A DNA stretch of 64,000 bases from Camelus ferus (Eukaryota): the NCBI RefSeq assembly GCF_009834535.1, contig NC_045698.1, positions 7,132,001 to 7,196,000 of the forward strand. Reading direction: 5' to 3'. This document shows, in pieces, positions 1 through 12,404 of this stretch. Each line of letters opens with the position of its first letter. The first letter of the stretch is position 1. The notes under the pieces are model-generated. The model worked only from the letters and a program-made list of their open reading frames with translations. It did no database searches and had not been told where the DNA came from. A program made the translations under genes and the position numbers.

Positions 1-169
1 CTATAGCACAGGGAACTATATTCAATATCTTGTAGTATAATGAAAAAGAATATGAAAATGAATATACATATGTATATGTATGACTGAACTATTATGCTGT
101 ACACCAGAAATCGACAAAACGTTGTAAACTGACTATAATTTAATAAAAACTAAAATCGAAGAAAAAAAA
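1..169 (+). mobile_element. L1 3' end (artiodactyl/camelid type) with polyA signal and tail
   Basis: ctatagcacagggaactatattcaatatcttgta...aataaaaac..aaaaaaaa; the same segment occurs at 49530-50030. Confidence 0.9.
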
Positions 170-332
170 TACTTGTGATGGTGTTTGGAGCCCACCTGGA
201 TAACCCAGGATGATCTCATCTCAAGATTCTTAACTTAATTACATTTGCAAAGGCTCTTTACAAGTAAGGTAATATTTAGAGGCTCTGGGGATTAGTATCT
301 AAACATATCTTAGGGCAATTCAGCCTGCTACC
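170..332 (-). mobile_element. MLT1 (MaLR) LTR fragment
   Basis: gcccacctggataacccaggatgatctcatctcaagattcttaacttaattacatttgcaaagg. Confidence 0.8.
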
Positions 333-364
333 AGAGGGGTTGGTTACAATCGCTTCAATTCCAT

Positions 365-560
365 GTCTGTCAACTTCTCCTTACAATTCAAAGAAGTTTA
401 GCTGTAACTATTTGGAAAATGTGGTATTAGATGCATATCATGTCAAAACTATTGTATCTCCTTGGTGCATTTTCATTTTTATTAATATAAAATGTCTGTC
501 TCTGTCCTTCTTAATAGTTCTCATTTTGAGTTCTAATTTACCTGTATGAATATTGCTCAT
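365..560 (-). mobile_element. Ancient L1M ORF2 endonuclease-region fragment
   Basis: gtattagatgcatat...tgtctctgtccttcttaatagttctcattttgagttctaattt resembles antisense L1 endonuclease sequence. Confidence 0.55.
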
Positions 561-3500
561 TATCTTTTTAAATTAATTTTAAAACTTTCAGAGTCATTTT
601 GTTTCAGCCTGATTTTATATCACCATGGCTGATTTGGGCTTATCGCTGCCAATACAACAGTATCTGTTCTCTTCACCCTGCTTTCTCTTTGGACCCTGTC
701 CTCCCTAAATCTGACTTCTACGTACCCGCCCTGTGCAGCTGACACCACAGCCTCAGGTGTCTCCAAGTTCAGTGACAACTTCCGGGGTAGGCACGACTTA
801 CATGAAGAATGCTGTAACTGTCCCAGAAGAGCATGCCACACTTCTTTCAAGCAGGCGTTCTGAGAACTGTGTGATGACCAGTTACTTTCCCTTTCTGTCA
901 GAACCCCACCATGATTTTCCACGGCCCCAGCAACGGAACCTCTTGTGCAATATTTCAAGTGCTCTCGCTATTTTAAAATGCATCAGGTCACACTGTTCTT
1001 TTGTCGAAAAATAATAACACGTTTCAAAGTATCCTGTGGACATAGCCAAAGAACACACTTTGAGAGTTAGCTATGAATAGGGCTCGGTTTTAAAGGCAGC
1101 TAATGAAAGCCGAACAAACCCCGTCATTCGAAATTGTTTTGTCATCCACTCACTTATTTTTTTTTTTTTTTAACCAAGCTCAGGCAGAGTTGACTTTGAA
1201 AAGGACAGAGTTACAGAGGGGCACCAGTGTGCCGAAGAGAGAGGGGCCACGGAGGCAAAGTGAGCTCCTCTCTCCACCACCCCAAGCAAATATTCTTGGC
1301 TCGATTCAGCTGCAGCTGCAGAGCTAGTAAAATCCGAGAAAAGAAGGAACACAGTGGATAAAGAAGACAGAAATGAAAGACGAAAGTGCAGCCAAGAGAA
1401 TCTCTAAGATGAGGCAGAGGCATTAGAGAGAAAAGGAATTTATAACCCAGAGAATACACTTAGCTGAGGCTTCTCACATTTCTACTATCTATGTTAGCAT
1501 CTTCCGGGTTCAGATAAAAGAATGCTCTGTCCCAGTCATTATTCATGCTTCTTCTAAAGGCACAAATTCCAGCAGAGGCAATTTCGGGGGGAACTGAACT
1601 ATTTATTTACTGGAGTCTTGCTTATGACTGTTGTATCCAGGCAAGAGAACAGATCTGGCTCCCACAGAAAGCAGGGCTGGCTTCCTCCCTCCTACAACTC
1701 TGGAAGGGGCCCTGCTGACCCAAAATGAGAGCCAGTTATAAAACCTCGGCAAGGCCAAGGGCGGAGGCAGCACCGCCCAGCGAGGGAAGCCATAAACTAG
1801 GTGGAAAGACATCCTCACCCTGCACTTTCCCAGAACGCATCCTCAGGTGTGGGGTTTAAATCACTCTACCAACTAGTTTCTGTAAACAGGTCACTGGGCA
1901 TCCACAAATTCAGAACTGCCGGGAGGAAAGCTCAGTAGGGTGATTAGACCTTACCCGACCTCCTTCACCCAGAGACCTGGTGCCTCTGTGGGGGATGAGT
2001 AAGGGCCATGGGGGATGCGTAAGGGCCATGGGGAAAAGAATGGGGCCCAGGAGGGCTCTAGTCCCCACCTGTCACCCCAGCTCCCTCAACGGCCCGGAGA
2101 AGGACCTTTCTTGGGACCAGTATCCCCAGCTGCGTGACCAAGGGGGAGGCCACCTGTGTCATCCAAGCACGAGGACAAGAGCAGGTGCTTCTTGCAATGG
2201 ACTGTCCATCTCACCCCAGGAACTCTCTGCAAGGGACAGAGGGGAGCGGGTAAAGGCTTCTAGATGCCTCTGTCTTCAAGGAGCAAGGAGCTAAAGCTGC
2301 ACAGTGCTGCTCCCACCAGTGCGCTAGGTCCTTCCAGCACGTTCCCCAAACCTCTATGGGAGGTAAGGCTGCTCTGATGTCTCCTATTCTTTCTACATGT
2401 CCACACCCTCCTCCTCCTTGACCAGGACCCAGGCATGCCCTCCTGCTGCCCCTAGTCTGCTCAGTGGTGTCCACCCACCTCTGCCTCCCAGGGAAAGCCA
2501 CGCCTTCACCCTGACCCCAAGAATTTACCACCCATCTCCTTCCATGGGGACTCATGTCGTGCACCCCTGGGATGGACATTTGTCATTTGAACCAATTAAG
2601 CATTAATCCCCTTTCTAACAGAATCCAGGTCTCCTGAAGAATGGCCCCTCCCACCCCTAGACTCATTGGGACATAGTGCTGGCAGGTCCCTGTGCCTCCT
2701 CTCAGAAGAGCACTCCCCCAGAGCTCTGGGGACACTGAGGAGGGCAAGAGGCCTTGTTCTCGCCCCCTGCATGGGAGTGAAAAGGCCTATCTTTATCCAT
2801 TCTGCCCTCCTGCCCCCTGTCTGGATGCAGAGGCAGTCAGGGCCTTGGACTCCACGCAGGGAGGAGCCTGGGTCCCTGAATCACCACGCGGATCTTGGTG
2901 ATTCAGTCCAACCACTCGCTGGACTTTTACAGAAAAGCAAATTCCATCAGGTCCAGCCACTGAAATGATGTTTTATTTGTTACATGAGCTACAGCTTCCC
3001 TAAGGATCTGAGGTAAACAGCAAAGACACTGAAAGATCACACCTGGTAGGGTAGATGGTCCCAAAAGAAAGGACTCGCCCCACGTCACATTCTGTTTTGC
3101 TCTTTGTCTGCACTGATCCATCTCCCAGGTCTGGTGGGCTCTTTGTCCAGTCCCCCTACCCCCAAGCCTGAAACCCAGTCCTGGTTTTATCTGAAGTTAC
3201 AAACCCACGACTGTGTCCTGCAGTCCCAGGCTGTGGCCTCTGGGACACAATCCTCACCCTCGGGCTCTCAGCGAGGAGGGCGCCTTCCTGCCAGGCACCC
3301 TCTGGCCCCCTCCCAGACTTCATGATGCTTGTACTGACCTTTTCTCAAAAGGGCCTGAGGAGGATGTGAGAGAGCCTTGGGGAATTTGGGAGGAACCCCC
3401 GTGGGGAGGAGAGCGGGGAGGGAGGGGAGGTGCCAGGGCAGCTGGATGGGCTGATTCGATGCGGGGAATCATCGAGGGCCCAAGCATCACCCAAAGGTCC

Positions 3501-3959
3501 AGAACCAGCAGCACTGGTCAGGTGGCTGTCTTCTTCCCTCCAGGTTTCATGATGCTTAAAAAGTCAAGCACTGCTCAGGCCCATCTCTCCGTGAACACTG
3601 CTTTGCCGGAAGTGCATGCTTCACCAGCAGACTATGAGGTTCAGTGGTACCCTTCCACTTGGCTAAGCCTCTATCCCAAGCCCTCCAGATAACCACAGGG
3701 TGCAGCTTCCCTGCCCCCAGCCCCTTCTGCACTCCCTCCAGCTGGCCCTGAGTCCCTGCCTCTTCTCCGGGGGACTCCTCCAGCCCCAAGCCCACGCAGA
3801 CCAAGATGGCAGTGCCTCCAAAACCTTCCCTGCTCTCGGGGGCAGATCTGCTGGGTTCTTCCACCCCCTCCCCTGGTCTTCCTGGTCTCCATGCTCCCCC
3901 CTGCACACTCAAGGACCTGATATCCTAAACACAAGCAGACTGTGTGTCCAGCTGTTCCT

Positions 3960-4065
3960 CCATAAACATTTATTGAGCACCTGCTGTGGGCCCGGCAGAG
4001 TGTGGGGGCACAGACTCGAGGAGGTGAGGCAGGCATTGCCCCTGCCCTGGGGAAGCCACTATAGT
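3960..4065 (-). mobile_element. L2 3' end fragment
   Basis: aaacatttattgagcacctgctgtgggcccggca...cccctgccct. Confidence 0.7.
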
Positions 4066-4098
4066 GGAGTTACTGCACGAGGCAGCACGAGCTCCAGG

Positions 4099-4162
4099 GA
4101 GCCTCACACAGGGGTGGGAGCAGCACACAGAGAGCCTCACACAGGGGTGGGAGCAGCACACA
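4099..4162. repeat. Two-copy tandem duplication, period 33 bp
   Basis: gagcctcacacaggggtgggagcagcacaca starts at both 4099 and 4132. Confidence 0.95.
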
Positions 4163-4574
4163 AAGTGACAGGCTGCATTTCCTGTTCACACCCACTGGCT
4201 GGAACTAGACATATGCAAGGGGCCTGGGGCCACCTCCCCACATGTAGGGAAACTATTTACAAAACCTTCAAAACTCTCAGGGTTTTGGCACATAGTTAGC
4301 ACTGCATAATTTTCAATAAGTAAATGAATGCATGAATGAATGAAGTTAACTGGGGGGAAATGAAGATACCTCCACAGGCTGGGCAGCAGAGAGTGGTCAG
4401 GTGCAGCCCAAGGCACTGCTAGCCGGAGCGGGGATTTCCTGCAAGTTCTTAGAAGGCCCTCCCTTCTTCAAGACTTCCATCTATCAAAAAAGCATCATAA
4501 TACACCCAACTTTGTTCGAACAAGACAGTTCACGGCCCTCTGCTGTAGTAAAATACACAAATTTGCCACGTGAT

Positions 4575-4645
4575 GTGAGTGGCGCCCTCTGGGTACAGGC
4601 ACCACTGTGCAACGCACAACCTGCACAAGTGTGCAGAACAGCTCT
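4575..4645 (-). mobile_element. MER91-like hAT-Tip100 fragment with an adjacent CTCF-like motif
   Basis: ggcgccctctgggtacaggcaccactgtgcaacgcacaacctgcacaa. Confidence 0.55.
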
Positions 4646-5414
4646 GAGTGTTGATGGTGAGACCAGATGAGCAGCAGTGGCCAGGCCAATCTGGAAAGCA
4701 GGGTCCAAATGTGTGAGGGGATCTCAGGAAGGACCTGTGGAGTATCAACCCCTCGTATTTTAACTGCTGGTGGAGAAAAGATACAGGGAGTGAAGCACAC
4801 CAGCAGAGAGACAAATATGTCTAATTTACAGACCACAGGGTCGACCAGGTGCCCCAAGGAGCAATCAGCCTCATGCCTGTGGGGTTGTCTTGGGCCCTGG
4901 CTGGGCTCTGGTTCCAGGAGGACAGCCTGGCCAGCAGATAACTCCCACCAGGTGGTGCCATATTGGTTTCAAAAGTTTGCAAGACATCAGGCTGCCAGGT
5001 GGTGTCGAAATGCTGATTTTGGAGATTCTCATTCATGTCAGACACAGGACAAGTTCAGGGCTCTGAGTTCCCACAGAGTCACTGCTGACCCTTGGACTTG
5101 AGCCAAGTGTGCAGGTCTGTGGATTGGCTCTTGTTCATGTGGGTTCCAACCACAGTGCTGCCTTTAGTCCACAGCACCCAGGGACAGCTGGGGTGGTGGC
5201 AGGTGTCCTTTACCCTGGCACCCCAACACTTCCGCAGTCTCCAGTCCTACGAGGTGGCTACACCCATCTCCTCTCAGGCTTTCCGGACCTCTGCCCCATA
5301 ACACCATGGGGATTCTCAGACATCCTCTCCCACCTCCAATCAACGTGGCCACATCACACTCTCCCAGTGTGTGAGATCAGTCCCTTTTTTAATTTTTTTC
5401 CTATTAAATAGGGG

Positions 5415-5525
5415 TGTTTTTTTAGCAGTTTTAGGTTGACAGCAAAATTAAGCAAAAAATACTGAGTGTTCCCACATACTCCCTGTCCCCCGACATACAC
5501 AGCCTCCCCCGCCATCAACATTCCT
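5415..5525 (-). mobile_element. L1MC-type 3' end fragment
   Basis: tttagcagttttaggttgacagcaaaattaagc...cacagcctcccccgccatcaacatt. Confidence 0.75.
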
Positions 5526-8500
5526 TTTGAAAATGTTTATGCCTATTATTATACTTTTTCACAAAGGAAAAATAAAGTCAACATCAAGGTACACTTCACA
5601 ACTGGATGCAGAAAATTATGAGAGCCACTAAGCACTTACAATAATTCACATACATACACACACGCACTTGCACAATGGCTGGGATGCACAACGCCGTTTT
5701 TACCAACTATTCCGTTCTTGGACAGCTCAGGATTTGTCAAGGTTCCCAGTTATCTGAGAATACCTAGTGGACTGTCTCTGGGATAACTCAAGGAGGCAGT
5801 CTGCAAACCTTCAGGTTAACATTTTTACAGAAGTAACAGTAAATCTAGTGGGAATCCTTTACAGTTGTACTTTCCTATGTGAGTGTTGAGCCCTGAAGCA
5901 TGAGGGATGGATAATCCCTGCAAGATGAAGGATGGATGTTCCCTGCACCAGTGGACCACTCTTCTCATCCTGCCCTGCCCCGAAGAGAGAGAGAGAACAT
6001 ACTAAGGACACGGTGATGAGTGTCTAAAGAGTTCAAGATGCAGGTTGGAAGATGTGCTAGTCTACCTTTATGCTATAAAATTAGTACATTTAACCTGACC
6101 ACAAATTATCATTCAAGTGTTACTGCATTCTCTGGGCAAAGGCTGTATTTGTAACCACCACTGACAAAGCACAGTAACCCAACCCCTGAGGTTGTCCCTG
6201 GAAGCCAGTGTTCCTGGACAACTTGAGAGATGATGTACTTCATGAGGAATACAGTGTAGCCAGCCCTCAGTAAATGGACCCGGGACTGCAGAGGTAAGAT
6301 GAGCTGTATTGTTCTGAAACAAATAGGTTCCAAAGAGCCACGTGCTATGAGTGACAACAAGGTGAGGGACATGGAATCATCAAGGAGTGGTGTCTTTGGC
6401 AATAAACACAATGAAGAGATGGTTCGTAGACTGGAACAGGAAGAGATGTGCCTGGACAGGAGGAAGCACCTTCATGTGTGCTGATTGGAGGGTCTCTTCT
6501 CTACCCACATTCTAAGGCTTTGTTGTAAATCAGTACATCTCAATGGGCCCCTACATTTTTTTGACATTTTCAATCAAATTGTTAATATGGACGGAGGCCC
6601 CACAAAAGAATATCTGCCCAGGACCCCACACAACTTAGGGGAGGCCCTGGTAAACACCACAGTAAATACTGCTTGATGGGCCTAAGGAAAAGACATTAAT
6701 GAGCTCAGAGATGAGAAGTGGGAGAAGCCAAGAGTGTGCATCAGAAAGAAAATAAAGAATGCGATCACAGGGATGAGACTTAAATATAGAAAGAAAGAAC
6801 TGATGGCACGCTTTGCATTTGAGAATAGTTATATTGTCCCTACGTCTTATATTTTGGACAAAAGAGAAGAAAATCAGCTCTCTATCTTGTCAGAAAATAA
6901 ATCCATTGAGATTTAGAAAGTATACACATGACTGAGACATTTTCTTCTTCAATCATATACCACAAACCTAGCCAACATAACCAATAGAGACATTAATATA
7001 GGCTTAAACAAGTGTATCTCCTAGGCAGATCCTTAAATTCCTTTAATTTTACATTAGGATATAAAATCGCTCATTCTAATCGGTTAGTAAACACGTAGTC
7101 CTTCAGAAGCCCCATTGACAAAAATACAACACAGGCAGAGGGAAATATACTGCTGTTTCTGTTCTGGCTGTATTTCCATTTCCTAATAGCAATAATGAAC
7201 TTGAAGCATTGTATTTGCATACAGATCGGTCTAGATTCCCGTTTAGCTGCGGCTGTACAGTTAAGCATGTCACTGATGTGCACTTCCCAGCCCCAAAACA
7301 CAATTTAAAGACCACTTTATGGGGAGTCGAATTACAGCAATGTGCTTAAAGCATTAAGGCTGTGGCTTTTCCCAACAGTGTTTGGCAACAGGGCAAGGTT
7401 CTACGGCGCATAAAAGTCAATCACAAAGTTCTGAGCTGTTACAGTTCATTGATTGTGGCTGTTCTTTAAGTTTTTTAATAGCTCCCCCAATCCATACTGC
7501 CACCCATCCCATTTCCCAAGCCTTGCCACTGCTCCTTCCTTCCGTCCCCCTTCCTTGCTCGGTGATCACCGGGGCCATGTACAGGGCTGGACACCGGCAC
7601 AAACACAGCCATGCACAGGCCTCCCCTCCAGCAGCTCAGAGACCAGGTAGGCCGACCAACCGGGAGACAAGCAGGTGCAACACAACGTGAACACTGGTGC
7701 ATCCCAGTTGCTGCGAAAACATGGAAAGGGACGTCTGCCACCGTCCCTTTGAAACAAGCCTCTGTGAACATGAGTACAATAAGCACACAACGGGACGGGG
7801 GGTGAGAGTGACACTCCCAGCAGGTGTAGACGCACACCGGTGCACTTAATAGCAAAACAAACTCACAAATGCCCAACTTTCCCTGGAAATAGGGGTGTGG
7901 CGGCAGGTGGTGGGGCTGAACTGTAAGACAGGGGAAGGGGACGCAAAGTTAGAGACCAATGATGAACATCCTTCAATATGAATCCAGGAGCTCACCCTGT
8001 GGGCAGCCGAGGGCCACGAAAGGGGTTTTATTGGCTTTATTGGTTGGTTATTTGTTGCTGTTGTTGTTTCCTTGTGGGGGAGGAAGAGACGGTAAGAAGT
8101 GCATTTTCTAGAGCAACCAGGAGCACGACTGTGACCGGGTGGAAAAGAGACGGACAGCGGCTCTGAGGCCACTTAACGGCCATCACCGCACTGGGCACAA
8201 AGCCCAAGCTGTGAGCTGAGGTGATGGCAGGAGGACAGGGATCCGGGGCTGTGAGTGGTACTGAAGAAGATGATTCACCAAAGGCTTGGACAATGGATGT
8301 GAGGAAGGAGAAGAGTGAAAAATGGCCACAAGTTTCTACCTTGAGTAAACAGACAGAAGCTAATGTCATTTTTTCAAATTCAGGAATGTCAAAGAAAAAA
8401 TATTACTTGAGGGAAGTCAGAGTAATTTTGACTTTGGACCTGACTTTTGGACAGTCACGTGAAGGGGTCCAAAGGTCACACGGAGGCAAACTAGGCTGCA

Positions 8501-10272
8501 AATGTGGGATCTGCATGGGTCCCAGGGGAGGGTGGGGAGGACACAACACTGCGGCGGGGGTCTTACCAGAGGAAGCCGAAGCTGAGACCCACCCCCTAAC
8601 CCCCACAGCAGGAGATCAGGTTAAAGACCTAAGGGATCACCTGGAGACAAAACCTACGAAAGTCAAGTGCTGCCGGCCAAGGGCTGAACCCAGGAGAAAG
8701 CAGCAGGGGCCATGGGCCTTGGCGGAACCGGACTGTCCCTAAAGGGGATAAAAACAAGGTCACAAGTGAAGAGAGGAGGTGCTGGGGCCTGTCACAGTGG
8801 GGGTGAAGGCCCTGGGGTTGGGGTGTGGGTGGTATGAGCTCAGCTGAAGATGCGTCAACAAGGCGGACCCCCAAAGGGCAAGTGGACACGCGGGTCTAGA
8901 ATCCAGGAGAGAAGTCCGAGGAGCAGGGATGACCTCAGCAGGTCATTGAAGTAATTGAAGAAAAGGCACAATGCGCCAGACACAACGCCGTGTCACCAAG
9001 GGAAGGCAGCTCGGCCCCAGGAAGGCCTGTGGGTGGCATTTACCTTGATGAATTCTCCACGGTCGTGGGCTGGCCTCTGGCTGGGAGGCCCAGAAGCTTG
9101 ACCTGTGCAGAGTGTCAGAGGGGCTGGAGCTGGCAGGCTGACTCACGCTAACAAAGCAACGGGGTGAACAACTAGTCCCAGGCTTACCACCCACGAGGAG
9201 AAACCCAGCTGTCAAGTGGCCTCAAGCCTCTGTTCCATGTGGCCCTTGCATTCCCGCGCTATGAGCAAACTGGGGAGAAATCCGATGAGTGGTTAGCTGG
9301 CGGGCAGGGAGTCAGCCCACGTGAGCTACGTGGCCTCCTGTGCAGCTGGGGCAGGCTGGGGGTCTGGTGTGCCCGCAGCCGCCAGGTCCTCCCACCTGCT
9401 CCTGCCTGATGTGGCACCGTGAGCATCTGTCTCACTCTTTGTTCCCCTCCTGACAAGGTCTCTGTTCTCTCTCCACCAAATCATACCCTAAATCCTGCCC
9501 TATTACTCACTCCAGCCCCAAGAAGCCCCCGTGCTCCCAAAGACAACAGAATGGAGTCCAAATGCTGCCACGAGGCTGCTGGGATCAGGCCACATCCCGC
9601 CTTTCCAGACTCATCTCCTGCGTAATTGCACACCCGATTCACTACAGAAGGTCGTCCTTGCATCCCTGCCGCCCGCTCGCTCCGTGAACCCTGACTTCTC
9701 GTTTCCGTGGTGCTAGTGATGACAGCCGAGCCCCTTCTCTGCTCCAGGCACCGCACTAAGGGCTGCTGAATCCCGACTGGTCCATCTAGTCCTCAGCCCT
9801 GGGACGGCGTGCAAGCCTTCGAACCCAGCCCTGAGCCTGTGGTCCACACTTTCAAAGATTCCACCACACGTAACTGCCTTCCCAAGGCACTGACACAGTC
9901 TGCACCGCACAATGTTTGTTTAATCAAAGTGCAAATAGTTTAGATTTGTACTATGAAAACACATGGATTCGAATCATGACAGCAAGGCCCTTAAAATTAA
10001 ATGCTTTATTATTTTAAAAACCAAATATTTTCCTTTACAATAAAATGAAATTGTCAAGGCTGCATGCCTAATTTTAAAATCCATACTTAATTTACTCAAC
10101 ACAGATCTCCTTGGAGGTGTAAGATGGCATTTCTTTTCAAACATTCTGTCATTTATACTGCTCCTCCCCCAGATCTTCAAAGCAGGCTGAACTGATGAGG
10201 TTTTACTGTGACACGATCTTCAGTTGGCATCATGTAGGAGTTAAGTGTCTTAACTTCAGAGTTTGGTTTCTG

Positions 10273-10376
10273 CTCCATTAAAACACACACACTCACGTAC
10301 ACACACACACACATACACACAAGAGGTCCTGGGTTCAATCCCCAGTACCTCCATTTAAAAAAAACAAACAAACAAA
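10273..10376 (+). mobile_element. 5'-truncated, chimeric vic-1-type SINE inserted in a MIR
   Basis: gaggtcctgggttcaatccccagtacctccatttaaaa; TSD cagagtttgNNttctg at 10257-10272 and 10377-10392. Confidence 0.85.
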
Positions 10377-10399
10377 CAGAGTTTGCCTTCTGGAGCGTA

Positions 10400-10590
10400 A
10401 GAGTTACCACTACCACAAAATTTGCTGGGTGATCTTAGGCAAATTAACTAACTTCTCTGACCCACATTTCTGCATCTATCAAATGGGGATGATCATCACG
10501 GCCCAACCACCGTTAACTGGTGAGGTACACAGATAACCTGGGTATGGGACGTCACGGAGAAAACACTCAATTAATGCCAGCTATTCCAAC
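10400..10590 (+). mobile_element. MIR SINE
   Basis: gctgggtgatcttaggcaaattaactaacttctctgacccacatttctgcatctatcaaatggggatgat. Confidence 0.8.
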
Positions 10591-12217
10591 TCCACATTTC
10601 ATCCTAAAGACATTGTTAGAATATTTTATTTGTATTTTAAAATGAGATGTAAAGCTGTCTTTGTTCAATTCTATGCAAGAAACTCTTGGGGAAATTGTAA
10701 AAAATAAACAAAATAAATAAAATTAAAATAAAACAAACACACACTTGCTTCAGACAGATGGCCAATCTCTGTTTTCCCCTCCGTGGCTCTCTCTCTAAAA
10801 AGAAGGGAGCACGGCACGTCTGTGCCACAGTCAGCGGCGGTGACTCGTTGCTAAAAGAGAGTAAAACTCAGGGCTCTAAATTCTGAATCTTTCAGACAGT
10901 CCCTCCATTTTCCAAACATTGCATCAACATCATGAAAAACTTTAAAATCAATAAAAATAGCTTTGGCGGCAGCAGGCGGTTATTCATACGTTATCCGAAA
11001 ACAATAAGGTAAAATATACTCTCCATTCAACTCTCAGGATTATAGGCGCTACAGGTAAGTATTTATTTTTAGCTAACTTTTCCCCCTCTTTCTCCCTTCT
11101 TGCTCCAGTTGTTCGTTTCGGAGGGTCAGAGAGAGTTCAGTTGTGCAGAGAAAGTGCTAAGTGCTGGACGGCCCTGTCAGGCTCCTGTATTTAAGGAGAC
11201 GGAATTGCGTATTACAAGAAAATGATTGCTCGGCTACCTTTTCATTAACAATTTGTCTAAAGGCAGACAGACTTAACTGCTTCCACTGAAGTTGGGAAGC
11301 AACAAATTGAATGTGTTCCATAAGGATTATGTCATACTTCAAACATATGGTGAGTACACACACCAGGACAGCGCATTTGGAAATAGCGGTGGGTTCCCCG
11401 TTGCTTGGTGGCTGTTTAATTGAATAGCCATAAATACTACTAAGGAAAAAAAGGGACCTGTCATCATCTGCACCATCTCAAGTGAAATACTGCAATGATT
11501 TTCTTTTATATATATTTCTGGTTCCTTACACATCACAGGAAAATCTCTTTGGGGGACCTATGCTGAAGGTTATTAAGGAAACATTCGCTACAAAATGCAT
11601 CCCAGGTCAGCCTCTTGTAATGGGTTTCCATGTGGGAGCACGGGGAAGACAGCCAAAGGTGAGGTGGAGACAACTTCTGAATGAGCCCAGGGCCAATGCA
11701 CAAAAGGCTTCACCAGGTGCATCCCAAGGGCAAAGAGTCCAACCAAGTTGCTTCTACATCTGTAAACAGAACAGGAAGTCCAGTCACTCCTCATCCTCAC
11801 CCCATAATGTTCTACATGAAATCCTCTACCTTTTCAATATGCCAAATAACATTAGCTTGCATTGTCATAACGTATATGGCCAACACGTATACAACAGGTT
11901 AAAACCCCAGAACCCCAACTGTGGTTTATTCTGTCATGCCTTTGAGACGTGTGTCCACCAGGAAATCCACTCTTGCTCAGTCATCAAAATGTTACTCATT
12001 GATGTTGTATGTAAGTTCAAGTACCCAATGCCGAAAGAGCGATTCTGTTCTCCTGTTTAACAGAAAGAGATCATTAATTACTGCAGAGGGGGAAAAAAAA
12101 TACTGAAAACTGCCTAATTCTGCACAGAACAAAGGAAAGCCACAGAGGCTGCACTAGACAAAGCTGGCGCCAAGGGTCAGCAATGGGAGCAGCAGAGTGT
12201 TGCTAGAGAGGAGGAAG

Positions 12218-12309
12218 GGAGGTGGGGTCTAGCTCAGTGGTAGAGCGCATGCTCAGCAAGCACAAGGTCCTGGGTGCAATCTCCAGCACCTCCATCAAGA
12301 AAGAAAAAA
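12218..12309 (+). mobile_element. vic-1-type tRNA-Ala-derived SINE
   Basis: tagctcagtggtagagcgcatgctcagcaagcacaaggtcctgggtgcaatctccagcacctcca plus A-rich tail and a degenerate TSD (tagaga..aaggg). Confidence 0.9.
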
Positions 12310-12404
12310 TAGAGAAGACAAAGGGCAAGGTGTTTTCTAACAATGTCTGAAGAGAGTAAGTTAATAAGACTGTTGTCATAGCACGGAGATAACTAGAGCA
12401 GTTG

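Noticed and set aside
3700..4299. 199-aa ORF with an internal REPHTGVGAAH repeat
   Set aside because: It runs through an L2 fragment and a 33-bp tandem duplication, has a non-ATG start and shows no recognisable homology.
6109..6411. 100-aa hydrophobic minus-strand ORF with an acceptor-like ctctgcag
   Set aside because: I could not match it to any protein; a chance ORF is expected at this length.
11482..12060. 192-aa plus-strand ORF
   Set aside because: GTG start, no recognisable family and no supporting plus-strand splice structure.
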